NCBI GenBank assembly: GCA_907165135.1
Contig: OU015567.1
Coordinates: 14,756,001-14,820,000, forward strand
Length of the DNA: 64,000 nt
Direction: 5' to 3'
Origin: Oikopleura dioica
Taxonomy: Eukaryota; Animalia; Chordata
Shown here one piece after another: positions 35,870 to 46,556 of this stretch (positions within the stretch are counted from its first letter, which is position 1; every line of letters begins with the position of its first letter). The translations under genes and the position numbers were made by a program. The notes under the pieces were generated by a model. That model saw nothing but the letters and a program-made list of their open reading frames with translations, searched no databases and was not told where the DNA came from.

Positions 35870-37092
35870 CTCTTTGGGTCAGCTCCGCCCTCCCTCTTAT
35901 TAAAAAAAATAAACGAGCGTAGCCTCCCCTTCAGGTCGGCTTCGCCCTGACTCTGATTGAAAAGATTCATCGGATGTGGCCTCCTCTTCGGGTTGTCTTC
36001 GCCCTGTCACTGTTTAAAAAGAATAAACGGGCGTGGCCTTCCCTCCGGGTCGGCTTCGCCCTGACACTGATTTGAAAGAATCAATTGGGTAGGCCTCCCG
36101 TTCGGGCCTGCTACGCACTGACACTGATTTTAAAAATAAAACGGGCGTGGCCTCCCCTTCGGGTCGGCTTCGCCCTGACTCTTATTGGAAAAAATGAACG
36201 AACGTGGCCTCCTCTTCGGGTCGGCTCCGCCCTGACACTGATTGAAAAGAATAATCGGGCGCGGCCTCCCCTTTGGGTCGGCTTCGCCCTAACTCTTTTT
36301 AAAAAGAATGAACGAGCGTGGCCTCTCCTTCGGGTCGGCTTCGCCCTGACACTGATTTAAAAGAATAAACGGGCGTGGCCTCCCCTTCGGGTTGACTTCG
36401 CCCTGACTCAGATTGACAAGAATGAACGAGCGTGTCCCCTTTGTGTCGGCTCCGCCCTGACTCTTATTGAAAAGAATAATCGGGCCTGGCCTTTCCTCAG
36501 GGTCGGCTTCGCCCCGACACTGATTGAAAAGAATGAACAAACGTGTCCTCCCCTTCGAGTCGGCTTCGCCCTGACTCTGGTTGAAAAGAATGAACGAGCG
36601 TGGCCTCCCCTTCGGGTCGGCTTTGCCCTGACTCTGATTGAAAAGAATGAACGAGCTTGGCCTCCCCTTCGGGTCGGCTTCGCCCTGACACCGATTGAAA
36701 GAATGAACGGGCGTGGCCTCTCCTTCGGATCGGCTTCGCCCTGACTCTGATTTAAAAGAATAATCGGGCGTGGCCTCCCCTTCGGGTCGGCTTCGCCCTG
36801 ACATTGATTGAAAAGATTGAACGAGCTTGGCCTTCCCTTCGGGTCGGTTTCGCCCTGACATTGATTGAAAAGAATGAACGAGCGTGGCCTTCCCTTCGGG
36901 TCGGCTTCGCCCTGACTCAGATTTAAAAGAATGAACGAGCGTGGCCTTCCCTTCGGGTCGGCTTCGCCCTGACACTGATTGAAAAGAATAATCGGGCCTG
37001 GCCTTTCCTCTGGGTCGGCTTCGCCCTGAGTCTTATTGAAAAGAATAAATGGGCGTGACCTCCCCTCCGGGTCGGCTTCGCCCTGACACTGA
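35870..37092 (-). repeat. Tandem array of ~21 57-bp units in inverted orientation (right inner arm)
   Basis: Reverse complement of the same unit (TTGAAAAGAAT...GGCCTCCCCTTCGGGTCGGCTTCGCCCTGAC). Confidence 0.9.
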
Positions 37093-38374
37093 TTTAAAAA
37101 AAATGGGCGTCGCTACCTGAATTGACTTTGGTTGATTTTTATTTTTTTTAAAGGTTGGTCTTCCAGTTGATTGTCATCCGACAAAAGGGGTCCTCCAGGG
37201 GTCCTCCAGCATAAAGTGACCAAAAATTGCCTAAATTGTCAATTTTTAGCCCAGCAAGGCATTTTATTTTATTATTTAATTTTGGTCTTCCATCTAATGG
37301 TCTTCCACCAGGGAGGTCCTCCGGGGTCCTCCGGCCGAACATGACCAATGATGACCAAAGGTGGCCATATACTGACCGAGCGCGGCCATATATTGAATAT
37401 TATGAATATTGGTCTTCCAGCGGATGGTCTTCCACCAGGGAGGTCCTCCGGGATCCTCCGGCCGAACAAGACCAAAGTTGACCATAAGTGACCATTTACT
37501 GGCCGAGCAAAATGATCGTCCATTGATCAATATTCAAAAAACATACATTATTATGGTTCACTCGATGATTCTTGAAGAAAACCGGCTGGTTGGGCCGCGG
37601 TTACCGGCTGGTTGGGCCCTGGTTCGGTTAGATAAGTCTTGGTAAGACCAATTCTGATAAGTTGCAGGGGTTATCCATTCAAGAAATCCCAAGTTCAGAG
37701 AAGTAGAGCGAATTTCGGCATTTTTAGTGCTTCCGGAGGAACTTCCGACTTAAAAATCTCATCTTGCACTAGGTACCCGATACGAGTTTTTTTGCTGATA
37801 TAGATGCAACAGACGGTAAGCTATTATCAGAGAACAAAAAAAAGGGTACTTTATAGGGGTGCGACCCACTTCCGGTGCCAAAAACTGAAAAACACCAGAA
37901 TTTGGGAACTTTGACATGAGAAAAAGGGTTGAAAAACTCGATTTTTTTTTCTTTTTAAAACCGATTTATACTAATTCGGGGATGCTCTAAAATATGGTAC
38001 AATTGGATTTCCGTGAAAATAAGCGGAAGAGGTAGCCCATTTTTTGCGCGTAGACCCTAGACATGACTGACGTTGCCAACGCCCACAAGTACATGGCGAC
38101 GAACAAGAGCAACGGGAAGATTCTCCTGCGAATGAACCTTTGAGTAAAAAATTAATGAATTCTACGACCATTTTGCCATTGAGTTTCTCAGCACTTTCTG
38201 ACACCACTGGCTTTAAATATTCATCCCCGATATACTCACTTTCGAAATCAACCAAGGCTCTCTCTGTAGATCGAAGGAACTCAGCTGAAATTTGAGACTC
38301 GCGATCGATTTTTAGGAAAATTTGCATTCTTTATTTTTTTTCGAATTTGATTTTCACAGAGATTATTTTTTAGA

Positions 38375-39924
38375 ATGGCGTGGAGATCGCGACTAAAAGC
38401 TCTCGTCGCTCCAACGCTAGCTGCTGGCTCCGTTTTGACCCTCAGAGAGCAGTCCAGTTCCGAAGGTACCCCTTTCACCATTCCAAAGCAAGAAGTCCAA
38501 GCGAAGTCGAGGCGAGACAGAGATGAAGGTCGACAAAAAGTGAATTCAAAGCGTCGCCGTTTCGAGAATTTCGCCACGGTCCAAGTCAACGGGGAGCTTT
38601 TCATGACTCCTGCCGATTTCCTCGAGTCGGTAACAGAAGACAATCCTCGAAAATCCTCGTACAAGATTTCGTACTCAGTCGCGGAGATCGAAGCAAACCT
38701 GAAGCAGCACACCCCTGCTCGCAATAAAATCCAAAAAGGAGCGACCGACTTTTTCAGAAAGCTCGGAAAGAATGGAATCATTTCCTACAACGAGTATTTG
38801 TTCCTTCTTTGCATTATTACGAAACCGAAGCAAGGCTTCGAAGTGGCGTTTAAAATGTTTGACACAGATGGCAATCAGCTGATTGATTCCGACGAGTTCA
38901 AAGTCCTCGAAGACATATTCAGACAGTCGGCAGAAAACGCGACTAACCAGGTAGCGCTTTCGCCAGTCCGAGTTTAGCTAGAATTAGTTTTTCTTTGTGA
39001 TAGAGATGGGATAGTAGAGCGTATTACGAAGAGGTAATAACAAAACATACCAATCGTCCAGCACGAAATCAAATCATTTCGTTGCACTATTGCATGAGAA
39101 AAAATTGTCAAAATCAAATCTGATCGAAAATCAAGAATCAAGTCCGAAAATAAGCATGATTGTCCTTAATATTTACCGTAAATATCATTTACAAATGTTT
39201 ATCATACCAAAAACGGGGGTAACAATTCTTCTTTAGGAAACGATCAAAAACGATTTCGAAGGGACAACTCTTCGGTATCTTTTCTTCGGCCAGGATGGAA
39301 AGAAACAGATCAACCACGACTTATTCTACGCTTTCATGCACAACCTTCAGGTAGAAAAAATGAAAAGAGCGGCCTTTCTTTAATCTTTTTGGATAGGCGG
39401 AAGTATTGGAGCTAGAATTCAACGCTTTTGCTCGTGGAAAATGGGACATTACCGAGCTCGAATTCGCAGAAATGCTCCTTCGCTACACGGATCAGTGGGA
39501 CATGGACCAGCAGCTCGAGCGCATTCAAGGCAGACTCAGCAACCAGGAAGGCATCAGCATGGAAGAGTTCAAATCTTTTTTCTTCTTTTTGAACAATTTG
39601 GAAGATTTCGCCACAGCGGTTCATTACTACGCGCTCGCTAACCAACCCATAGGCCCTGGTGAGAGAGCTTTTGTGAAATAAAAACTGGATTTTCTATTTT
39701 TCTAGAGGAATTCCACAGAGCAGTCAAGATCTCCACAGGCGAAGATCTGAGCGAAAATCTCGTCAATGTCGTTTACGCTATTTTTGATAAAGATGGCGAC
39801 CGAAAGGTTTGTTTGTTTTTAGCCAAGAAAGGTTCACATGAATATCTTCTAGCTTTCGCATAAGGAATTTATCGGTGTCATGTCCGATCGACTCAGTCGA
39901 CAGAACAAGGTAATCTCTCTTTAA
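38375..39924 (+). CDS. Mitochondrial calcium uptake protein MICU2/MICU3-like (EF-hands), multi-exon; 3' end uncertain
   Basis: KRRRFENFATVQVNGELFMTPADFLESV, GIISYNEYLFLLCII, AFKMFDTDGNQLID..EF, LELEFNAF, ITELEFAEMLL, IFDKDGD. Confidence 0.85.
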
Positions 39925-40837
39925 GTCGGTGACTCTCTTTTCGACGGGTGAATATTATTGAATTTGGGGTTTTTGAAAATCGGTATGCTATCTTTTTATT
40001 ATTTTAAAAGATTTGTGTGCAATTTACTCTCTTTTCTCCGCTTCTGTACAAATTTCGCTTTGATATGAAGGTAAAGAATTTGGTGAAGAACTGCTCGCTT
40101 ACCCGCTTGCACGTGATTGTCGCATGAACTGTAATTGTGTTTTAGACTACTGACACCGCTGAGCTGACATATTTGGTAATTCCAAATCAATTCATTTATC
40201 ACTTTCATTTTCCATTCCATTTTGAAAATATATCAATCGTATGCTACAGTAACTGCCGAGTAGAGTCACAACAGTTTCATATTCTTTTATAAAATATATG
40301 ATTGATATATTGACCCAGCATCTGTTGAGGACCTCATCCCGTGACGAGGACTTGTAAAAGATAGTTGATTAGTCTAATTGACAATCCTCCTGTCTTCATC
40401 GCTTTTATGAGTTTAGTACTTTGAAACGTAGTCCATACGTTTTCAAAAATTTTGTTGAAAAAAGGCATGAACTTTCATCCTTGAATGTTGTCCGGTCGAT
40501 GAAAAGTTCCTAGATTCTAGGAGGTTACTTTCTCGAAGTCCAATCGTACAGCTTTAACCGAGAAAATGCAATTATTGACAAATCAATTCCTTTTGAGATT
40601 ACAAATTGCATAACAAAAAATAGAGTAGATCATAATTATATACTAAATATGCCCTTGTTTGTTTGTGAAACATTTCTGGTCCTCGCACGCTTCAAACTAA
40701 TATCACCTCCCTAAAACCGCAAAAACGCTTCATTCTGCCGATTAGACCAAAAGTAAAGAGCGATCTTCTTGGGACACCTTGAGACACTGCTACACTCAAA
40801 AGCAAAAGAGCTACGAGTAAAACGCTCGCGACGACTC

Positions 40838-42038
40838 TGATACGGAAGCGGCTGTCCTGCAAGAATTTTGCTCGATCTCTAACTCTAGAATGCCAAGCCA
40901 AAATAACGAGAATCAAATTTTAAATTTGCGTGGTTTTATTTGTGATTTGAATGACGGAAAAGGCGCGACGCGGGGTTAAATAGCAGCGAGATTCGATCAG
41001 TGTTTTTGAGCAAGCGGTTGTTTTTGAAAAACAATTTTTCTATCGAAAACAAGGAAGAGAGCCCGCGGCTTCTTTTAGCGGTTTTTCTTGCGGGAAATCC
41101 TTTCGGATCGATTTCTTTTCGGAAGAGGAGCTGGTCGAACTTGCCAAGCAAGTTATTTTCAAAGGTTTCGGGAGCCGGCGCCGCGCGTGACGAGATAAAA
41201 CGCAAATTAATTATTATTTTTTTTTTTATAATAAAAGCAGAAAATAATAACAGCCACTTAAACTTCTCACTATGTGACCGTAGAAGTGACTGTTAATTAT
41301 GATTGAAATAAATAAAGGATGAGAAAAGTAAAAGAATATATACAAAATTTTAACAAATAAATTGAATAAAATTTGGTCAGGATTTTATAAAATAAATTTA
41401 TCAAAATTGAAATCATAGAAGAAGCAAATTCCAAGGAACATACCCGGGGGAAGTTACTGTCGCGGTTCGCACCGTATCTTCTCTTACGGATGAGCTAGTT
41501 TGCGACAAGCGGACGCACTGACAGAGAGTTTGTCCGACCCCACGGCACCGAGATGATACGACGGTTTATCTGCTCGTTGGAGTTGTTGTTGTTGAAGAAG
41601 GTGTTGACGGCTGTTCTGTTGTAGACTTTGAATCGTATGTACTGTCAATAATCGAACTTTAAAATCGCAAAGCAATGATAAGAAATATCAATAAATAGAT
41701 TAAACATGCGGTTTTGCGAATTGCATATTTTTGATGAATTGACGTCAGATCGCATTATGATGAGAGCATATGAGCATTCCAATGATAGAACGTATAGATC
41801 GTAAGGAGATGACATGATGATAAGACAATTTTGGGTCAATCTGGCTCGTTAAAACTGACCATCTTTTCATTTTAAGTAGAATATCGTGAAATGATTTTTG
41901 CAAATATGTCTGATCAATTTGGTGATACCAAGCTGACAAGACAAATTTAAACTAGCGTAGAACCGAATTGGCGTAAATATTTGGCCGTGAAATAAAAATT
42001 TTTTATTTGGCTTGAGGCGTTGTTCCCTAAGGATATCA
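40838..42038 (-). repeat. 3' LTR (1201 bp)
   Basis: Direct repeat of 47653-48854; I could see only a 1-nt indel in an A run. Confidence 0.95.
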
Positions 42039-42263
42039 CTGTGACCTTCCATGGGTCCCAAACGAGCATCTTTATCGCCCATCTTTTTCATATTTCAGTT
42101 TCAAAGTCCGGAAGAAAAACAAGAACATTTTTACGCATTGGATGATTTGGAAATTTTTTAAGCAGTTCTGTTTCGATAGATGCCTGTAAAATTGTTTTTG
42201 AGCAGTTTCGAAATTTACAGGGTAAATCATAAAATGCGCATACAGTTTTTAGCTCGGGGACAG

Positions 42264-45200
42264 TTAGTTCGTACAACGTTCGCTCTTTTTGCACTCTAAA
42301 GACCGCAAAAAAAAAAGGAGTTGTCCGTTTCTCGATTTGCGCCAATTCGGATATTCTCTACGAATAGTTTCCTTCACTTTTATCTGAAGTTTTGCCCTTG
42401 ATTCCTCAAGATCAAATTCCTGATTCATTTTAAAAAGAATGAATAAAAGAGAGTCTCTTGTTAATTCGTTCAGTTTGATAAATATACCATTTCCAACATA
42501 GGTCTCCTCTATGTCGTCTGTATTTTTCCATTTATCATTAAGATATTCGAAAAACTCAAGATCATGATTTTCCATTTTAATTAAAATTGACATGTTTTCC
42601 AAATTATTTTCAACTGTAAATTTAGCAATTTTACGCTCGACAACGGAATCATCAGATTTTTCCCTTCTACGTTTTATAGCAACTAGCGGATCAATTTCGG
42701 GCAATTTATCGTACGATGTCAAATTAACAGAGAGCTCAGAATCAGAACTTGATTTCTCGGAATCAAGCACAATGTCTGATCCATTTCCTACTTGATTCAA
42801 ATCACGTTCTTGATTACCATTTATATTCGGTACTGGCATTTCTATCAAAAGAGTCGATGAGGATGAAAAATTTTCTGGTTCTGAAGAAGAACTAGACCGC
42901 TCCCGATAAGGTTCCGATTGTAAAGACTGATCTGACCTTTCGGAGGAGAAAGGTTCATGCGCTTTTTCCGATTCTTTTTCTGTGGGGGAATTTTCAGCAA
43001 ACCGGCCGAGGGAATCCTTCGAAAAAAGACAGTTTTCGGAAAAAAATTCAAAAAACTCGAGATCGTTCTCTTGTGGCTTTGTCACAATCTTGGAGTATTT
43101 TTCAACATCATTATTCGTCTCTAAAATTGAATTTCGCTGAGAATAACTTTTCATATGTTCCGCATGTCGCCTAAATTCGTCCTTATCATTTTTAACAGCG
43201 TACCACAGACCACTCGGGGATTTAAACGTCACTTCATAAGGACCTAAAAACGGAGGAAATTTTTCGCGGAAATTTTTAATAAGAACTTTATCGCCTAAAT
43301 TGTATTCTTTGAAACGGGGATTTTCAAATTTGGTCATTCTTTTTTGCTTTTCTTGTTCAATTTTCGCACGAATTTTCCCAAAGTCTACGTCGATTTTATC
43401 TCCGTATGTTCGCCAATAAGGGTCTTGAAAATGATGACTGCTTTTTATACCAGTTTCTACACAAAATGGGGTTGTTCCGAGTACTGTGTGTAAACTACTG
43501 TTTATTTCGTGAACAATTTCAAACAGAAAAATATCCCAATTCACCCAATTTGAACGAGCCCTGAGCCTGGCTTTTATGGTTCTATTGACGTTTTCAACTT
43601 GCCCGTTAGACTGGGGATGACGCGGGGGAATATAATGTACACCAATTTTATTTTCTTTCAAAAATTTTTCAATCAGAACGTGTTCCTTCGCGTTATCTAA
43701 AACCATATATTTTGGAAATTTTGGATTTCTAAATAATACGCTCCGGAATTTTTGCAGTAAATAATCCGATTTTTTGCACGATAGGGGCTCCGCGTAAACT
43801 TTTTTGCTAAAACCGTCAATAACCACCATTATATATTTATGACCAAAATCAGTTTCTTGAAGTGGGCCAATTAAATCAAAGTACAAAATTTCAAAAGGGC
43901 CGCTTGGTGTTTCAGATTTGCCTAAAGGAGGTTTGTTAGGCTGTAGATTTGGTTTTGAAATTTGACATTTGTGACATGATTTTATAAAGCTCGCGACTGT
44001 ATTTTTTAATCCCGGCCAAAAATACTTTCTAGAAATTTTTTCGGTTGTAATATCGACTCCGAAATGAGAGTGATCATGATATTCGCTGCAAATTGTCTCT
44101 GTCAATGCCTCGGGGACGCAAAATCTTTTTTGATAGGCTGGAGAATTTATAGCTAGCTCACCAGACCCAAGGATTTCAAGGTCAGGTCTACGTAAAAAGA
44201 ATGGGTAAAGCTCGCTTGGTGGGTTATTTGGCCATCTATCAATACTAACGAAACGTCTAACTTGTGATAATACTGGGTCAGATTTTTGAAACTCTACGAA
44301 TGATTCAGGGGTAAATTTAATTTGATTGATCGAACAATTTAATGTATTACGACTAAGGCAATCACTTATTTTCATTTGATGAGTTTTCCTCTGTTCAATT
44401 CGAAATGAAAAGCCCTGAAGCTCCGTAAACCATCTTTGAATTTTTAAATTATTCGTCTTGAAGGATTGAGCGTATTTAACACAAGAGTTATCAGTAATCC
44501 AAAGAAAATCGACATAAGCAAGATAAGCCCTCCATCGTTCCATACATGTCTTCCCACTATAAAGCTCTTTTTCCAATGTCCCGTATTTCTGTTGTGCCGG
44601 CGTAAAATTAAGCGAGTGGTAAGCTATCGGTTGTAGGCAATTATGCGAATGATGGTGATTTTTATTTCGCTCCGCGCAAAGATAAAGAACTCCACCAAAA
44701 CTATGATTAGATGCGTCTGTCTCGAGTACGAAAACACCGTCATTTAGTGGGGGGATTTTGAGCTCAAGAGCGTTATGGCAGATGATACTTTTGAGCTTTT
44801 CGAGTGAAATCGTCGCCTCTTTTGTCCAACAAAATGACCCTCTGTACGTTTTTGAAATTTCTACTCCCAGGGGTGCAAAATTTTTAATAAATTTTCTGTG
44901 CTGCGAAAGAAGTCCGAAAAGTGATTGTGCCTCCTCACGGTTTCTCGGAATAGACAGATTTTTAACCGCTTCGATCTTGTCCTGTGATGGCCGTATTCTC
45001 CCTTCAAAAATTTCAAAACCCAAAATGCATGCTTTTCGCTCAAAAAAACTCGCTTTGTCGATGTTAATCCGTAAATTATTTTGGTCTAAAATTTGAAATA
45101 ATTTACGTAAATTGGCTAAATGTTCTTCTTCCGTTCTTGAATGGACCACTAAATCGTCAAGATAAGCGCAAATTTGAGTTTTCGGCGTGTCTCGTAAAAT

Positions 45201-46463
45201 AACATCCATGCATTTTGCGAAATGAATAGGGGCATTTTTGAGACCCATTGGAAGCCTTTTCCAAGTAAATTGTCCGTCTTCAGTCGAAAAAGCTAGTTTT
45301 TCTCGCGATTTCTCATCTACGAGGCACTGATGAAATCCTTTTCGCAAATCAACACAAGAAAAAATAATGCTATTTTCTAAATATCCTAAAACGTCTTCAA
45401 TTTGTTGCAACGGATGATGCTGCTGGAGCGTAAACGAATTTAATTTCCTGTAATCAATACATAATCTGAATGTACCATTCTTTTTCCTTACGAGTAACGC
45501 GGGGCTATTATAGGGTGAATTAATTCGCATTATCATGTCTTGCCCAAGGTAGGAGGTAGTAGTACCGGTCATTATTCCCCGCAAGGCATATGGCGTTCTG
45601 TACATATTGCTACAAATCGGGCGATCAGTCTCTAGTTCAATCGAAAATTTTTCAAGGTTCGAAACAGGCAAATTGTCGTCCTCGTCTTGAAATAAATGGG
45701 TGTATATAGCAAGAAGACCAAAAAGTACCGGCTTATTCTTTTTCGATATATTCCCTATTTTTAACCGCGAAAGAAGAAAATTAAGATCTTTTTTTGAGGG
45801 CTTGATTTGGGCGATCTCAGCTATTTCCGCTAGTTTCGCAAAGGCCGTGCCAGCAGGAATTCTAACTGTAGAATTCAGGGGATTTATAACAAGAATACGA
45901 AAGAATGGATTCTCGGGATCAACTCTCTGGAATGATTCTATTAACTCTAGCTTCGAATTTTTAAGCTGGCTTTCTTCTAAAAAAAGATTCATTGATCTGT
46001 TCAAATGAGGAATTTTCAAATCGATAATTTGCTCACTTTTGCCTCGAAATGTGTAAGTTTGCTCAGAAACGGCATAAAAACTGTCTTGCTCAATGTTATT
46101 AACTGTTGGGCTTTTTGATGCATTATTACATAAATTCGCCATTCGCTCTATAGGACCAGATTTAACTAGACGATTTCGATGAAGATTGATCATAATTTCA
46201 TTAGATTTAAGTGCTTCCGAACCGAGAATTGCCTGACAATTGTCATTTACAATATAAAATCGCGATTTACCCCATTTTTCCGTTTTAACATGAAAATCAC
46301 ATTCGACAAAACCAAGAATTTCAATACTTCCTCCACCGTAATTTTTAGCAAAAATATCAGGGGCTTGAATTTTAACATTATCGGGAATAAATGATTTGGG
46401 CAAAAGGTTAAGTTGGGAGCCAGAATCGACGAGCATTTTTATTTTTTTTGAAAAAACTGTCAT
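42264..46463 (-). CDS. pol: Pol polyprotein (protease, RT, RNase H, integrase, long C-terminal extension); frame probably opens at ~46556 via -1 frameshift and may extend to 42088
   Basis: LVDSGS protease; RLCIDYRKLN and YLDD RT; LETDAS RNase H; HHCC (HDHSH...CHKC) and D,D,E (FDLIG, VLDNAKE, GQVENVN) integrase. Confidence 0.95.
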   Translation of the reverse strand: MTVFSKKIKMLVDSGSQLNLLPKSFIPDNVKIQAPDIFAKNYGGGSIEILGFVECDFHVKTEKWGKSRFYIVNDNCQAILGSEALKSNEIMINLHRNRLVKSGPIERMANLCNNASKSPTVNNIEQDSFYAVSEQTYTFRGKSEQIIDLKIPHLNRSMNLFLEESQLKNSKLELIESFQRVDPENPFFRILVINPLNSTVRIPAGTAFAKLAEIAEIAQIKPSKKDLNFLLSRLKIGNISKKNKPVLFGLLAIYTHLFQDEDDNLPVSNLEKFSIELETDRPICSNMYRTPYALRGIMTGTTTSYLGQDMIMRINSPYNSPALLVRKKNGTFRLCIDYRKLNSFTLQQHHPLQQIEDVLGYLENSIIFSCVDLRKGFHQCLVDEKSREKLAFSTEDGQFTWKRLPMGLKNAPIHFAKCMDVILRDTPKTQICAYLDDLVVHSRTEEEHLANLRKLFQILDQNNLRINIDKASFFERKACILGFEIFEGRIRPSQDKIEAVKNLSIPRNREEAQSLFGLLSQHRKFIKNFAPLGVEISKTYRGSFCWTKEATISLEKLKSIICHNALELKIPPLNDGVFVLETDASNHSFGGVLYLCAERNKNHHHSHNCLQPIAYHSLNFTPAQQKYGTLEKELYSGKTCMERWRAYLAYVDFLWITDNSCVKYAQSFKTNNLKIQRWFTELQGFSFRIEQRKTHQMKISDCLSRNTLNCSINQIKFTPESFVEFQKSDPVLSQVRRFVSIDRWPNNPPSELYPFFLRRPDLEILGSGELAINSPAYQKRFCVPEALTETICSEYHDHSHFGVDITTEKISRKYFWPGLKNTVASFIKSCHKCQISKPNLQPNKPPLGKSETPSGPFEILYFDLIGPLQETDFGHKYIMVVIDGFSKKVYAEPLSCKKSDYLLQKFRSVLFRNPKFPKYMVLDNAKEHVLIEKFLKENKIGVHYIPPRHPQSNGQVENVNRTIKARLRARSNWVNWDIFLFEIVHEINSSLHTVLGTTPFCVETGIKSSHHFQDPYWRTYGDKIDVDFGKIRAKIEQEKQKRMTKFENPRFKEYNLGDKVLIKNFREKFPPFLGPYEVTFKSPSGLWYAVKNDKDEFRRHAEHMKSYSQRNSILETNNDVEKYSKIVTKPQENDLEFFEFFSENCLFSKDSLGRFAENSPTEKESEKAHEPFSSERSDQSLQSEPYRERSSSSSEPENFSSSSTLLIEMPVPNINGNQERDLNQVGNGSDIVLDSEKSSSDSELSVNLTSYDKLPEIDPLVAIKRRREKSDDSVVERKIAKFTVENNLENMSILIKMENHDLEFFEYLNDKWKNTDDIEETYVGNGIFIKLNELTRDSLLFILFKMNQEFDLEESRAKLQIKVKETIRREYPNWRKSRNGQLLFFLRSLECKKSERCTN

Positions 46464-46509
46464 TTCTACAAAATATTGTAATCCAATGCGAAAAATTGAA
46501 CAAGTCCTT

Positions 46510-46556
46510 GGAACTGGTGCCTGACCAGGGCTTTCAGTTCCATTTACTCGTTTTTT
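46510..46556 (-). promoter_or_regulatory. Putative -1 programmed ribosomal frameshift signal between gag and pol
   Basis: A AAA AAC heptamer in the gag frame, 8-nt spacer, then GGAACTG...CAGTTCC 7-bp stem; the pol frame is -1 to gag and open across the site. Confidence 0.7.

Larger units (their letters stand above)
33718..38059. mobile_element. 4342-bp non-coding foldback DNA transposon with hAT-type ends
   Basis: TAGGGTCTACGCG ... CGCGTAGACCCTA termini; perfect 8-bp TSD GACATGAC (33710-33717, 38060-38067); ~970-bp outer arms are near-identical inverted copies. Confidence 0.95.
32382..38143 (+). pseudogene. PIG3/TP53I3-like NAD(P)H quinone oxidoreductase; last exon split by a 4.3-kb foldback element in this haplotype
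   Basis: GGPDVLKV..LNRADLLQVAGRYP..PLGLEAAG, LIHGAGSGVGTSAIQLAK, DVILDCVGG; reading frame SPVIDSVYDMT at 33718 resumes as DMTDVANAHKYMATNKSNGKILLRMNL* at 38060. Confidence 0.85.

Noticed and set aside
34688-36975. Repeat-protein ORFs (265 aa, 228 aa and others) in the foldback arrays
   Set aside because: They stay open because the unit is a multiple of 3; the longest starts at GTG, frames break at unit indels, and mirror ORFs occur on both strands.
34685-37092. 57-bp repeat arrays as a CRISPR array
   Set aside because: Units are contiguous tandem copies with no unique spacers, there are no cas genes, and the context is eukaryotic; they are internal arrays of a foldback transposon.
34132-37645. 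Paired identical ORFs on opposite strands (MVFQRMVFH..., MDDHFARP...)
   Set aside because: Artefact of the inverted arms; no protein family signature.
33718-38067. Foldback element as an introner
   Set aside because: Its right end is TA, not AG, and the nearest GT/AG pair gives a frameshift with an immediate stop.
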